DNA from: Clostridia bacterium
Lineage (GTDB): Bacteria; Bacillota; Clostridia; Oscillospirales; CAG-272
Length of the DNA stretch: 42,195 nt
Direction: 5' to 3'
Assembly: GCA_029010655.1 (NCBI GenBank)
Contig: JAQXKW010000092.1
Location: 1 to 42,195, forward strand
Program-made: the position numbers and the translations under genes
Notes under the pieces: generated by a model
Databases searched by the model: none
What the model saw: only the letters and a program-made list of their open reading frames with translations
Told to the model about the DNA's origin: nothing
Shown here: positions 14,498-23,745 of the stretch, piece after piece
Position numbering within the stretch: the stretch's first letter is position 1
Layout: every line of letters starts with the position of its first letter

Positions 14498-16222
14498 ATG
14501 AAAAAAATCATGCTGGGCAACGAAGCGGTTGCCAGAGGACTGTATGAAGCAGGGGTAAGATTCGTTTCAAGCTACCCCGGAACGCCCTCTACGGAAATAA
14601 CCGAATTTGCGGCGAAATATGACGAAATATATGCAGAATGGGCGCCTAACGAAAAGGTCGCCTTCGAGGCGGCGCTGGGTGCGTCGGTAGGCGGCGGCAG
14701 AGCCTTCTGCGGAATGAAGCATGTAGGGCTCAATGTGGCGGCAGACCCCCTTTTCGTAACCGCATACACAGGCGTGGGAGCCGGCTTTGTTATCGGCGTT
14801 GCGGACGACCCGGGCATGCATTCCTCTCAGAATGAGCAGGACAGCCGGCACTATGCCGTTGCCGCAAAGCTCCCCATGGTGGAGCCTGCGGATTCCGCCG
14901 AATGCAAGGAGTTTACCCGTCTTGCATACGAGTTTTCCGAAAAATTCGACACTCCCTTTATGCTCCGCTTAACTACCCGTGTTTCCCATTCCTCTCAGCC
15001 TGTGGAAATGCTTGACAGAGAGGAAATACCCGTAAAGGAATATAAAAAAGAAGCGGCAAAGCATGTTATGATGCCCGCCAATGCAAAAAAGCGGCACTAT
15101 GCGGTTGAGGACAGACTTCGCTCCCTTGAAGAATTCGCCTACGACTGCCCCTTTAACAGAATAGAAGACAACGGTGCCGAAATCGGCATTATTACCGCAG
15201 GAAACTGCTATAACTACGCCCGTGAGGTGTTCGGCGACAGCGCTTCATATCTCAAACTGGGCTTGGTAAATCCCCTTTCCGCAAAGCTCATTTCCGAGTT
15301 TGCGGAGGGTGTGAAGCAGATTATCGTTATAGAAGAACTGGACGGGGTTATTGAAGCCTTCTGCCGCAGTTTAGGGCTTTGTGTTACGGGAAAAGACGTG
15401 CTCCCCCTGTGCGGAGAGTTTTCACAGTCGCTGCTTCGGGAAAAGCTCCTTTGCGAGGAGCCTGATAATACGGTTCTGGCAGATGAAATCCCTGCCCGTC
15501 CGCCCGTGCTTTGCCCCGGGTGCCCCCACAGAGGCGTGTTCTATACGCTGAAAAAAATGGGACTTACCGTTTCCGGCGACATAGGCTGTTATACCTTGGG
15601 CGCCGTTCCCCCTCTTGATTCCATGGACTCCGTTTACTGCATGGGAGCGTCGATTTCATCGCTCCACGGCTTTAATAAGGTTCGGGGAGACGAGAAAAAA
15701 ACCGTCGCCGTTATCGGAGACTCTACATTTATGCACTCTGGCATGACGGGACTTGTAAATATCGTATACAACGGCGGCACGTCCACCGTTATTATCCTTG
15801 ATAACCGCATAACAGGTATGACGGGTCATCAGCAAAATCCCCTTACGGGCCTGACCCTTAAAAATACTCCTGCGCCGTATATCTGCCTTGAGGATATATG
15901 TGCGGGACTGGGAGTTGCACGGGAGCACATAAGGGTGGTAGACCCTGCCCATATGAAAGAGCTTGAAGCGGTGCTTCGGGAGGAGCTTTCGGCGGACTGC
16001 CCCTCGGTTATTATTGCCCGCCGCCCCTGCGCTCTGCTTAAAGGAGTGGAGAGAAAGCCCGCTCTTACGGTGGACGCCGACAAATGCGTGGGGTGCCGCT
16101 CCTGCATGAAGATAGGCTGTCCCTGCATTTCCATAGACGGCAAAAAGGCAAAAATCGACGCTTCCATGTGCGTAGGCTGCGGTCTTTGCAAAGATATGTG
16201 CGCGCTCGGCGCCATTAACTGA
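14498..16222 (+). CDS. iorA: Indolepyruvate:ferredoxin oxidoreductase subunit alpha
   Basis: 574 aa. TPP-enzyme N-terminus (GNEAVARG..AGV..VSSYPGTPSTEI), GDSTFMHSG, and two C-terminal 4Fe-4S motifs (CVGCRSCMKIGCP and CVGCGLCKDMC). Confidence 0.9.
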   Translation: MKKIMLGNEAVARGLYEAGVRFVSSYPGTPSTEITEFAAKYDEIYAEWAPNEKVAFEAALGASVGGGRAFCGMKHVGLNVAADPLFVTAYTGVGAGFVIGVADDPGMHSSQNEQDSRHYAVAAKLPMVEPADSAECKEFTRLAYEFSEKFDTPFMLRLTTRVSHSSQPVEMLDREEIPVKEYKKEAAKHVMMPANAKKRHYAVEDRLRSLEEFAYDCPFNRIEDNGAEIGIITAGNCYNYAREVFGDSASYLKLGLVNPLSAKLISEFAEGVKQIIVIEELDGVIEAFCRSLGLCVTGKDVLPLCGEFSQSLLREKLLCEEPDNTVLADEIPARPPVLCPGCPHRGVFYTLKKMGLTVSGDIGCYTLGAVPPLDSMDSVYCMGASISSLHGFNKVRGDEKKTVAVIGDSTFMHSGMTGLVNIVYNGGTSTVIILDNRITGMTGHQQNPLTGLTLKNTPAPYICLEDICAGLGVAREHIRVVDPAHMKELEAVLREELSADCPSVIIARRPCALLKGVERKPALTVDADKCVGCRSCMKIGCPCISIDGKKAKIDASMCVGCGLCKDMCALGAIN

Positions 16223-16235
16223 AAGGAGAGCCGTG

Positions 16236-16814
16236 ATGAATACTAAGAATATAATGATTGTAGGCGTCGGCGGACAGGGCTCCCTGCTTGCGTCAAGAAT
16301 TCTCGGCGCCGCCGCGCTGAATTCCGGATATGACGTTAAGGTTTCCGAGGTTCACGGAATGAGCCAGAGAGGCGGAAGCGTTGTTACCTATGTGCGCTAC
16401 GGCGAGAGCGTTGCTTCCCCCGTTATCTGCGAGGGCGAAGCGGACGTTATTCTCTCCTTTGAAAAGCTGGAAAGCGCAAGATGGCTGCCTTTCCTTAAAA
16501 TCGGGGGAACGGTGGTAACCTCGGTGCAGGAGATAAATCCCATGCCCGTTATTACCGGTGCGGCGCAGTACCCCGATGAGATAGTGGAAAAAATCAAGGC
16601 GCTGGGCGTAGATATTATCGCCGAGGACGCCGCCGCAATAGCCCTTGAGGCAGGAAACGAAAAGGCGGCAAACGTGGCGCTTATCGGACTTGCCGCCCAT
16701 GTTCTGGGCTTTGATACGGAGGCTCTCCGTGCGGCGGTTGCCGCATGCGTTCCAAAAAAGGCGCTTGACGTAAACCTTAAAGCCTTTGACCTTGCGGTAG
16801 AAAAAGTAAACTGA
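16236..16814 (+). CDS. iorB: Indolepyruvate:ferredoxin oxidoreductase subunit beta
   Basis: About 192 aa with IVGVGGQGSLLASRILG, immediately downstream of iorA. GGAGAG lies 5 nt upstream of the ATG at 16236; a GTG at 16233 is also possible. Confidence 0.85.
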   Translation: MNTKNIMIVGVGGQGSLLASRILGAAALNSGYDVKVSEVHGMSQRGGSVVTYVRYGESVASPVICEGEADVILSFEKLESARWLPFLKIGGTVVTSVQEINPMPVITGAAQYPDEIVEKIKALGVDIIAEDAAAIALEAGNEKAANVALIGLAAHVLGFDTEALRAAVAACVPKKALDVNLKAFDLAVEKVN

Positions 16815-17368
16815 TGGTAGACCTTTTATCACTTCAAAAGTATTTTATCCTCCGCCATTTGGGCGAGGGGTGCCGTGCCTGCGACTTTACCATGGGAAAC
16901 GGCCACGATACGGCGTTTCTGTCCCAAACAGTGGGAAAAACGGGCAGCGTTACCGCCTTTGATATACAGCCCAAGGCGCTGGAGTCAACGGCGAAAAACC
17001 TCCGTGAATGGGGCTGTCCCGAAAACTGGCATCTTATCTGTCAGTCTCATCATCTGGCTCCCCAATACGTGAAGGAGCCTATTAAGGCGGGAATGTTCAA
17101 TTTGGGCTATATGCCCGGAAGCGGAAATAAAGCGCTTACCACCATGAGGGAAACTACTCTCCCCGCCGTGGAAAACGCTCTGTCTCTCCTTGATAAGGAT
17201 TCCATACTGATGGTGGCGGTATACCCCGGTCACCCGGAGGGAAGACTTGAAGGAGAGGAGCTGCAAAAATATTTTTCCACCCTGTCCAGATATAAGCTGT
17301 GCATTGCAAAATTTGAAATGCTCAATTCTCCCGATTCTCCGTATTTTATGATTGCGGAGACAAAATAA
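16814..17368 (+). CDS. mnmM: SAM-dependent methyltransferase of the YtqB/MnmM family (tRNA mnm5s2U34 methyltransferase)
   Basis: CDFTMGNGHDTAFL, FNLGYMPGSGNKALTT and VAVYPGHPEG closely parallel B. subtilis YtqB. The ATG overlaps the iorB stop (TGATG). Confidence 0.75.
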   Translation: MVDLLSLQKYFILRHLGEGCRACDFTMGNGHDTAFLSQTVGKTGSVTAFDIQPKALESTAKNLREWGCPENWHLICQSHHLAPQYVKEPIKAGMFNLGYMPGSGNKALTTMRETTLPAVENALSLLDKDSILMVAVYPGHPEGRLEGEELQKYFSTLSRYKLCIAKFEMLNSPDSPYFMIAETK

Positions 17369-17407
17369 ACCCCTTGCGGGGGCAAAAATCTTAAAGGAGG
17401 CGCCCTG

Positions 17408-18787
17408 ATGGCTGATAAAAGAAAAACACAGAACAGAAGCGGCGCCGCTGACGTGGGAAATTCTTCGCCGCAGTCTTATAATAACCAAAGGGCGCAGAAC
17501 GGGAACAGAGGATACAGCGCCCCACAGGTAAGACTTCAGGACTATCCGAATCCTCAAAGACACCCTGCACAAAGCCCTGCGCACAGAGCCGCCGAAGGCT
17601 ATCAGGGGAGAAATCAGTCTCCCATGACCTATGACAGATGGAGAAACACAAAGCCCGCCCCTGCCCGCAGAACGGGTACGGCTGATAACACAGCCGCCGC
17701 AAGACATGTTTCGTCGTATTCCACGGGCGAGGTGCGGCAAATGCATATACCTATCCCCCCCTCCGAAAGCGGAAGATACCCGTCCCATCAAAACCCGTAT
17801 TACGACCGAACTCCCTCGGGAAGGGCTACGGGTCAAAGGGCGCAGGATATTCAAAAAAGGCTCAGAGGGAATACTCAAGCCCCCCCGCAGAACAGCGCCC
17901 AAAGGACGGCACAGCCGATGGCAAAGCCAGCGGCAAAGCCGGGGGCAAAGCCAGCGTCGCAAACCTCGGCACAGCCGAGAAAAACCGCTCCGAAAAAAGA
18001 GACCGCAGCAAAGCGTGAGTGGGCAATGCCCGAAAACTCCGCCCTGTATTCCGCCTACGGTGCGGCGGGCAAAGGAACCGGGCAAAGAACAAATCCCCGC
18101 CGAAATGAAGGAAAGCCGCGGGAAAATGCGGCGGCAAGAAAGGCTCTTGCCGCAAAGAAGGCGGAACAGAAAAGGGAAAAGAGAGAAAAAAAAAGATTTT
18201 TCGTGAAAGCCTTCTTTGTGCGCCTTGGAATTATGTTTCTTGTATGTGCGCTGAGTATCGGCGGTCTCTACTATTTCAATTTCACCGCAGACGGCGAAAG
18301 CTCCGGGAGCGTGGACTATTCCGTCAGAATCGGGGAAAAGCATAATTTCTCCGCCGACGGCGCAAACGCATACGTAAACGGAATTATGTATATAGATTTT
18401 TCCGATTTGGCAAGGGCGCTGGGCATTGCGTCCGTGGGAAGCATTGACGCCATGCGGTTTATCGTTCCCGACAGCGAGGCAGAGGACAGCTCCGGCACGG
18501 GAAATGAGGAATACGTTATCTTTTCCGACGGTATGCGCTCCGCATCCGTCAACGGAACGGGCATTATTATGGAGGGCGCCTGCCGCACGGTGGGACTTGA
18601 CGTGTGGGTGCCGTTCTCATTTGTTGAAAATTACGTGAGAGGGATTGTGTCCGAAAAGGACGGAAGCCTCGTAACAATAACCGCCGAAAACGAGGAAACG
18701 GATAAGGACGGAAACGTAATCCCCCCCGAGATTACCTTTTCCCTTCGCAAATCCTCCTCTCTGACCCATGTAGATTACCCCTCGTAA
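17408..18787 (+). CDS. Hypothetical single-pass membrane protein with a long basic disordered N-terminus
   Basis: RBS AAAGGAGG. About 255 aa are rich in Arg/Pro/Gln/Ala/Lys, followed by a TM helix (FFVRLGIMFLVCALSIGGLYYF) and a ~180-aa extracytoplasmic domain of unknown family. Confidence 0.65.
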   Translation: MADKRKTQNRSGAADVGNSSPQSYNNQRAQNGNRGYSAPQVRLQDYPNPQRHPAQSPAHRAAEGYQGRNQSPMTYDRWRNTKPAPARRTGTADNTAAARHVSSYSTGEVRQMHIPIPPSESGRYPSHQNPYYDRTPSGRATGQRAQDIQKRLRGNTQAPPQNSAQRTAQPMAKPAAKPGAKPASQTSAQPRKTAPKKETAAKREWAMPENSALYSAYGAAGKGTGQRTNPRRNEGKPRENAAARKALAAKKAEQKREKREKKRFFVKAFFVRLGIMFLVCALSIGGLYYFNFTADGESSGSVDYSVRIGEKHNFSADGANAYVNGIMYIDFSDLARALGIASVGSIDAMRFIVPDSEAEDSSGTGNEEYVIFSDGMRSASVNGTGIIMEGACRTVGLDVWVPFSFVENYVRGIVSEKDGSLVTITAENEETDKDGNVIPPEITFSLRKSSSLTHVDYPS

Positions 18788-18802
18788 GAAAAAAGGACTG
18801 AA

Positions 18803-19597
18803 ATGTTAAAAGCAAATTACCATACCCATACCTTCCGCTGTATGCACGCCGCAGGGGAGGACAGAGAATATGTTGAGGCGGCAATAAAAGCGGGAATACG
18901 TGTTCTCGGCTGTTCCGACCATACCCCGTACGTGGGCTTTGACGGAGACTATTATTCCGGTTTCAGAATGAGACCGGAAGCCCTGGAGGATTACGTTAAT
19001 TCCGTAAACTCCCTGAAGGAAGAATATAAAGACCGAATAGAAATTCATCTGGGGCTTGAAGCGGAGTATTATCCACGCCTTTTTGAAGGCTTTCTCCGAT
19101 TTATCGAGCCGTACGGAATAGAATATCTTATTTTAGGTCAGCATTTTCCCGACAGCGACCAGTACGGCTGCTACGCACCGTATATAAACGATGCGGAAAC
19201 CGCCGAAAAATATGTTAATCAGTGCATAGAGGCAATGGAAACGGGTCTGTTTTCATATGTTGCCCACCCGGATATTTTCGGGCTGGACAGGAGTCTGCCT
19301 CAGTTTTTAGAGCTTTCGGAAAAATATTGCCGTGCGGCAAAAGCGCTTGATATTCCCCTTGAACTGAATTTTTTGGGTCTTTCCCAAAACAGGCTATACC
19401 CCTGCGAGGAATTTTTTGCCGTTGCGGGGAAGGTGGGAAATAAGATAATCTACGGCAGAGACGCCCATAACCCCAATGTGTTTTTCGACCGTGAAACGGA
19501 AGAAAGAGCGGACGAAGTTCTGAAAAAATACTCCCTTGAAAGAATGGAAAACATAGATATTACCAGACTTTCCCGCTACTTCTCAGGTAAAAAATGA
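18803..19597 (+). CDS. PHP-family histidinol-phosphatase (HisJ-like)
   Basis: N-terminal YHTHTFRCMHA, then SDHTPY and the later AHPD motif of PHP metal-binding phosphoesterases. 264 aa. Confidence 0.75.
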   Translation: MLKANYHTHTFRCMHAAGEDREYVEAAIKAGIRVLGCSDHTPYVGFDGDYYSGFRMRPEALEDYVNSVNSLKEEYKDRIEIHLGLEAEYYPRLFEGFLRFIEPYGIEYLILGQHFPDSDQYGCYAPYINDAETAEKYVNQCIEAMETGLFSYVAHPDIFGLDRSLPQFLELSEKYCRAAKALDIPLELNFLGLSQNRLYPCEEFFAVAGKVGNKIIYGRDAHNPNVFFDRETEERADEVLKKYSLERMENIDITRLSRYFSGKK

Positions 19598-19615
19598 GTT
19601 TTTTTTGAAAAACTA

Positions 19616-19644
19616 TTTACAAAAGCATAAAACTGTGGTACAAT
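19616..19644 (+). promoter_or_regulatory. Promoter of rpsO
   Basis: TTTACA-17 nt-TACAAT with an extended -10 TGG. It leaves a leader of roughly 105 nt before the rpsO ATG. Confidence 0.6.
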
Positions 19645-19756
19645 ACACAGGCTAATCGGCTGCCCGGACAGCGGATACCGGTCCTTTAAGAGGACTGCTT
19701 CACCTGCCGCCGCCTGAGCTGACCGATGCAAATACAATTTTTTTGAGGTGAAAGAC

Positions 19757-20023
19757 ATGATCACAAAAGAAGAAAAGGCAAAAATCATCGAGGAGTACAA
19801 AACTCACGAAGGCGACACAGGCTCACCCGAGGTGCAGATCGCAATTCTCACTTACAGAATTAAGACTCTCACCGAGCATATGAAGCAGAACAAGAAGGAC
19901 CACCACTCCGGCAGAGGACTTCTTAAAATGGTCGGCCACCGCCGCAACCTTCTGAACTATCTCCAGAAAATCGATATTGAGCGTTACCGTTCTATCGTAG
20001 AGAGACTTGGCCTGAGAAAGTAA
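19757..20023 (+). CDS. rpsO: 30S ribosomal protein S15
   Basis: 88 aa with [19 protein letters not shown]....KKDHHS.RGLL.MV..RR.LL.YL. The ATG at 19757 has GAGGTGA 5 nt upstream. Confidence 0.95.
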   Translation: MITKEEKAKIIEEYKTHEGDTGSPEVQIAILTYRIKTLTEHMKQNKKDHHSGRGLLKMVGHRRNLLNYLQKIDIERYRSIVERLGLRK

Positions 20024-20071
20024 TTTCCGAAAAAAGGAATTGCCGAAAGGGCTTTACCCGCTTGCCCGAAC

Positions 20072-20109
20072 GGCTGCGGCAGGGCTTCCTGCCGCAGCCT
20101 AAATTTTTG
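20072..20109 (+). terminator. Rho-independent terminator (or attenuator) after rpsO
   Basis: GGCTGCGGCAGG-GCTT-CCTGCCGCAGCC followed by TAAATTTTTG. Confidence 0.8.
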
Positions 20110-20216
20110 TAAAAAGCTCCGGTTCGGATTAGCAGTTAAATAATTTCCCGACGGCTCGGAAAATTATTTAAGTGCTAAACCCTCCGGAGATAATAAATAT
20201 TACGGAGGAAAGAAAA

Positions 20217-22328
20217 ATGTTTGAAAACTACAAGACTTACACCTATGAGCTTGCAGGCAGACCTCTTACCGTAGAAATCGGTAAGGTGGCAGGACTTGCA
20301 AACGGCTCCTGCATCGTCCGCTACGGCGAGACCGCAGTTCTTGCATGCGCTACGGCGTCTGCACGCCCCAGAGAGGGTATTGACTTTTTGCCCCTTTCGG
20401 TTGACTTTGAGGAAAGAATGTACGCCGTGGGCAGAATTCCCGGAGGATACCTGAAGCGTGAGGGCAGACCCGGAGAGAAGGCTATCCTTACCTCCCGTGT
20501 TATCGACAGACCTCTGCGCCCCCTGTTCCCCAAGGATCTCCGCAACGACGTTAACGTGTCTCTGACCGTTCTGTCCGTTGATTACGACTGCTCCCCCGAG
20601 ATTACCGCAATGATAGGCGCGTCAATCGCTCTGTCCATTTCCGATATTCCGTGGAACGGACCTATCGGCGGCGTGTTCATGGGCATGACCGAGGACGGAA
20701 AGCTCATGGTGAACCCCACCGTAAAGCAGCGTGAAAAGAGCGTTCTGGAGCTGACCGTTGCCGCTTCCCGCAAAAAGGTTGTTATGATCGAGGCAGGCGC
20801 AAAGGAAGTGTCCGACGACGATATGTTCAATGCCATTATGATGGCGCACGCAGTAATAAAACAGCTTATCGTGTTCATCGACCACATTGTTGAGGAGGTA
20901 GGCAAGCCTAAGTTTGAGTACCCCTCCGGCGAGCTTGACCACGATATGTTCGACGAAATCTTCGCTTTCGTTGAGGAGGACGTTAAGGCGGCTCTTGACA
21001 CAGACGATAAGAATGTCCGTGACGAGAGAATGGAGCCTATTTACGATAAGGTTATGGAGAACTTCCTTGAAAAGTACCCTGACCTTGAAACCGTATATCC
21101 CGAGCTGATTTATAAAATTCAGAAGAAAATCGTCCGCCATTGGCTTCTCGTTGATAAAAAGAGAGTTGACGGCAGAAGAATGGACCAGATCCGTCCCCTT
21201 GCGGCGGAGGTAGGACTTTTCAAGAGAGTGCACGGCTCAGGCCTCTTTACAAGAGGTCAGACCCAGGTAATGACCCTTGCAACTCTCGGCCCTCTCAGCG
21301 ACGAGCAGATGCTTGACACCATTTGGGAGGAGCAGTCCAAGAGATATATCCACCACTACAATATGCCAGGCTATTCCGTAGGTGAGGCAAAGTCCTCCAG
21401 AAGCCCCGGACGCCGTGAGATAGGTCACGGTGCGCTGGCAGAGCGTTCTCTCGTGCCCGTGCTCCCCTCCGTTGAGGAATTCCCCTACGCTATCCGCCTT
21501 GTTTCCGAGGTTGTTTCCTCCAACGGTTCTACCTCTCAGGGCTCCGTTTGCGGCTCCACCCTTGCGCTTATGGACGCAGGTGTTCCCATAAAAGCACCCG
21601 TTGCAGGTATTTCCTGCGGCCTTATTACCTCCGAGGATTCCGACGACTTTATGACCATGATAGATATTCAGGGTCTTGAGGACTTCTACGGAGACATGGA
21701 CTTTAAGGTTGCAGGTACTCATAAGGGTATCACATCTATTCAGATGGATTTGAAGATTGACGGACTTACCCCCGAAATCATCCGCGAGGCGTTTGAGGTT
21801 ACCCATAAGGGACGCGACTATATTATAGACGAGGTTCTGCTGAAGGCAATTCCCGCACCCCGTGAGGAGGTTTCCGAGTACGCTCCCAAGATGGTGGCTA
21901 TGAAGATCCCCGTAGACAAAATTCGTGAGGTAATCGGCTCCGGCGGCAAGGTTATTCAGAAGATTACTGCCGACACCGGCGCAAAAATCGACATCGAGGA
22001 TGACGGCTCCGTATATATCTCCGCTATTGATAAGACCGCAATCGAAGCCGCAAAGAAGATTATCGACGGCATCGTGTTCGAGCCGGAAGCAGGCGCAATT
22101 TACGAAGGCGTGGTAACGAGAATTATCCCCATCGGCGCATTCGTTGAGTTTGCACCCGGCAAGGAGGGACTTGTTCACATCTCCAAGCTTGATACAAAGC
22201 GCACCGAAAAGGTGGAGGATGTGTGCAACGTAGGCGATACCATGAAGGTTAAATTCCTGGGCGTTGACGAAAAGGGCAGAATGAACCTTTCCAGAAAAGA
22301 CGCACTCCTCGCAGAAACAGAGGAATAA
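20217..22328 (+). CDS. pnp: Polyribonucleotide nucleotidyltransferase (PNPase)
   Basis: Two RNase PH domains plus KH (GSGGKVIQKI) and S1 (GVVTRI...GAFVEF..GKEGLVHISKL) domains. The ATG at 20217 is preceded by GGAGGAAAGAAAA. Confidence 0.95.
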   Translation: MFENYKTYTYELAGRPLTVEIGKVAGLANGSCIVRYGETAVLACATASARPREGIDFLPLSVDFEERMYAVGRIPGGYLKREGRPGEKAILTSRVIDRPLRPLFPKDLRNDVNVSLTVLSVDYDCSPEITAMIGASIALSISDIPWNGPIGGVFMGMTEDGKLMVNPTVKQREKSVLELTVAASRKKVVMIEAGAKEVSDDDMFNAIMMAHAVIKQLIVFIDHIVEEVGKPKFEYPSGELDHDMFDEIFAFVEEDVKAALDTDDKNVRDERMEPIYDKVMENFLEKYPDLETVYPELIYKIQKKIVRHWLLVDKKRVDGRRMDQIRPLAAEVGLFKRVHGSGLFTRGQTQVMTLATLGPLSDEQMLDTIWEEQSKRYIHHYNMPGYSVGEAKSSRSPGRREIGHGALAERSLVPVLPSVEEFPYAIRLVSEVVSSNGSTSQGSVCGSTLALMDAGVPIKAPVAGISCGLITSEDSDDFMTMIDIQGLEDFYGDMDFKVAGTHKGITSIQMDLKIDGLTPEIIREAFEVTHKGRDYIIDEVLLKAIPAPREEVSEYAPKMVAMKIPVDKIREVIGSGGKVIQKITADTGAKIDIEDDGSVYISAIDKTAIEAAKKIIDGIVFEPEAGAIYEGVVTRIIPIGAFVEFAPGKEGLVHISKLDTKRTEKVEDVCNVGDTMKVKFLGVDEKGRMNLSRKDALLAETEE

Positions 22329-22333
22329 TAAGA

Positions 22334-22360
22334 ACAAAGGCGGGGTTTACCCGCCTTTGT
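22334..22360 (+). terminator. 3' hairpin after pnp (no clear U-tract)
   Basis: ACAAAGGCGGG-GTTTA-CCCGCCTTTGT starts 6 nt after the stop and is followed by AATATGGG rather than a T-run. Confidence 0.45.
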
Positions 22361-22513
22361 AATATGGGTTATTCGAGGCTCCGCCTCGAGCATCGCTCAG
22401 AACCTTTTTTCAAAAAAGGTTCTGAGAACTCCAAAAAACTTAGACAGAATATATATAAAAAATATTTCGGGGGATTTAGAGAGAATAAAAATTTCCCTGA
22501 ATATTCCCGACCT

Positions 22514-22548
22514 ACACTGCTAGCCGCTAACTGCCAGCCGCTAGCCGC
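22514..22548 (-). repeat. Heptamer tandem array, inverted orientation
   Basis: Plus strand reads ACACTGC TAGCCGC TAACTGC CAGCCGC TAGCCGC, the reverse complement of GCNGCTA-type units. It ends 10 nt before the VanY-like ATG. Confidence 0.75.
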
Positions 22549-22558
22549 TAATAATACT

Positions 22559-23665
22559 ATGAACAATAATTTCGATCCGGATTATCCGCAGGTAAAAAGA
22601 ACATATACTCCCGAGGAGGCGGGACACGAGAAACGCCGCCGCCCCGTGAGCAGATACAGCGTAAAGCGCATTAAAAAGAAAAAGCCCAACCCGGGAGTTT
22701 TGCTTCTGGTTCTTGTTTTTGCGGCGATTTTCGCCGTAACGATTTATCTTATAGCAAGCGGAAAGAGCAGAACGGAGCTTCCCGCCGATACAACCGACTA
22801 TTTTTCCGATTCCGTCACCGACCAAACGGTTACCACAGACGACGGTCTGCCCTATACGGTTATAACTGTCCCCTCGGAGCAAATGTATTACGGCGACCTG
22901 ATTTTGGTAAACTCTCAGAATGAGTATTTCTTCCCGGAGGCGGCGGAACAGAATATCGTCGATATAAAATCCGCAAAAAACGAGTATTACGGACTTTCAA
23001 GCTATTCCACGGGACTTTCAAAAAACGTTATAGAGCAGTTTAATACCCTTTGCACCGATTACTATAATTACAGCGGCTTTAAGTGGATGCAGGTAAACAG
23101 CGCATACCGCTCAAAGCAGGAGCAGATAGATTTGTATGCGGAATATACGGAGCTGTACGGCGCAGATTATGCGAAAGCCTACGTGGCAACCCCCGGCTTC
23201 AGCGAGCACCATACGGGACTTGCCCTGGATCTTAACGTAAACGTTGACGGCAGTATATACTATGTGGAAAGCTATGAGGGCTGTGACTGGTTCAGGGAAA
23301 ACGCGAAAAATTACGGCTTTATTCTCCGCTATCCCGACGATAAAGTACATATGACCGGAATCAGCTACGAGTCGTGGCACTATCGGTATGTGGGAACCCC
23401 CCATTCGCAGATAATGTCAGACATGAATTTCTGCCTTGAGGAATATATAAATTACCTGAAAAATTATACCTATGATACGGTGTGCCTGGGCTATGATGCG
23501 GCAACAGGCGTCCGTGATATTCCCGGCGGAGAGGAGTACGACGGCGGCGTGATGATATATTATGTCCCCTGCGAGGGAGAGGAAACAAAGGTCAAGGTTC
23601 CGAAAAATTCCGAATACACCGTTTCGGGAAATAACGTGGACGGCTTTGTGGTAACGGTGAAATGA
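22559..23665 (+). CDS. VanY/M15-family D-alanyl-D-alanine carboxypeptidase, membrane-anchored
   Basis: N-terminal basic stretch plus TM helix (VLLLVLVFAAIFAVTIYLI), the zinc-peptidase motifs SEHHTGLALDL and ESWHYRYVG. The start is set at the first ATG after the repeat region; the ORF-track start at 22364 runs through palindromic repeats. Confidence 0.8.
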   Translation: MNNNFDPDYPQVKRTYTPEEAGHEKRRRPVSRYSVKRIKKKKPNPGVLLLVLVFAAIFAVTIYLIASGKSRTELPADTTDYFSDSVTDQTVTTDDGLPYTVITVPSEQMYYGDLILVNSQNEYFFPEAAEQNIVDIKSAKNEYYGLSSYSTGLSKNVIEQFNTLCTDYYNYSGFKWMQVNSAYRSKQEQIDLYAEYTELYGADYAKAYVATPGFSEHHTGLALDLNVNVDGSIYYVESYEGCDWFRENAKNYGFILRYPDDKVHMTGISYESWHYRYVGTPHSQIMSDMNFCLEEYINYLKNYTYDTVCLGYDAATGVRDIPGGEEYDGGVMIYYVPCEGEETKVKVPKNSEYTVSGNNVDGFVVTVK

Positions 23666-23680
23666 CCGTAAAGTGAAAAA

Positions 23681-23716
23681 ACAGCCTTGTTCCGTATCGG
23701 TACAAGGCTGTTTTTC
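23681..23716. terminator. Bidirectional terminator between the VanY-like gene and barstar
   Basis: AAAAA-ACAGCCTTGT-(11-nt loop)-ACAAGGCTGT-TTTTT lies between convergent genes. Confidence 0.8.
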
Positions 23717-23745
23717 AGTCCCGAAATTCCTGCAAAAGCAAACCG

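Noticed and set aside
16985-18343. 452-aa ORF on the minus strand
   Set aside because: It lies antisense to mnmM and to the 459-aa membrane protein. Its composition is dominated by Arg/Cys/Ser/Leu/Gly, typical of a shadow frame. It has no RBS and no recognisable motif, whereas the sense-strand genes have good RBSs and, for mnmM, clear family motifs.
21237-22337. 366-aa ORF antisense to pnp
   Set aside because: It lies wholly inside the well-supported PNPase gene. It is a shadow ORF produced by codon bias, with no RBS.
22364-22558. N-terminal 65-aa extension of the VanY-like ORF
   Set aside because: The extension runs through a terminator-like hairpin, two palindromes and the heptamer array, so a start at 22364 is implausible.
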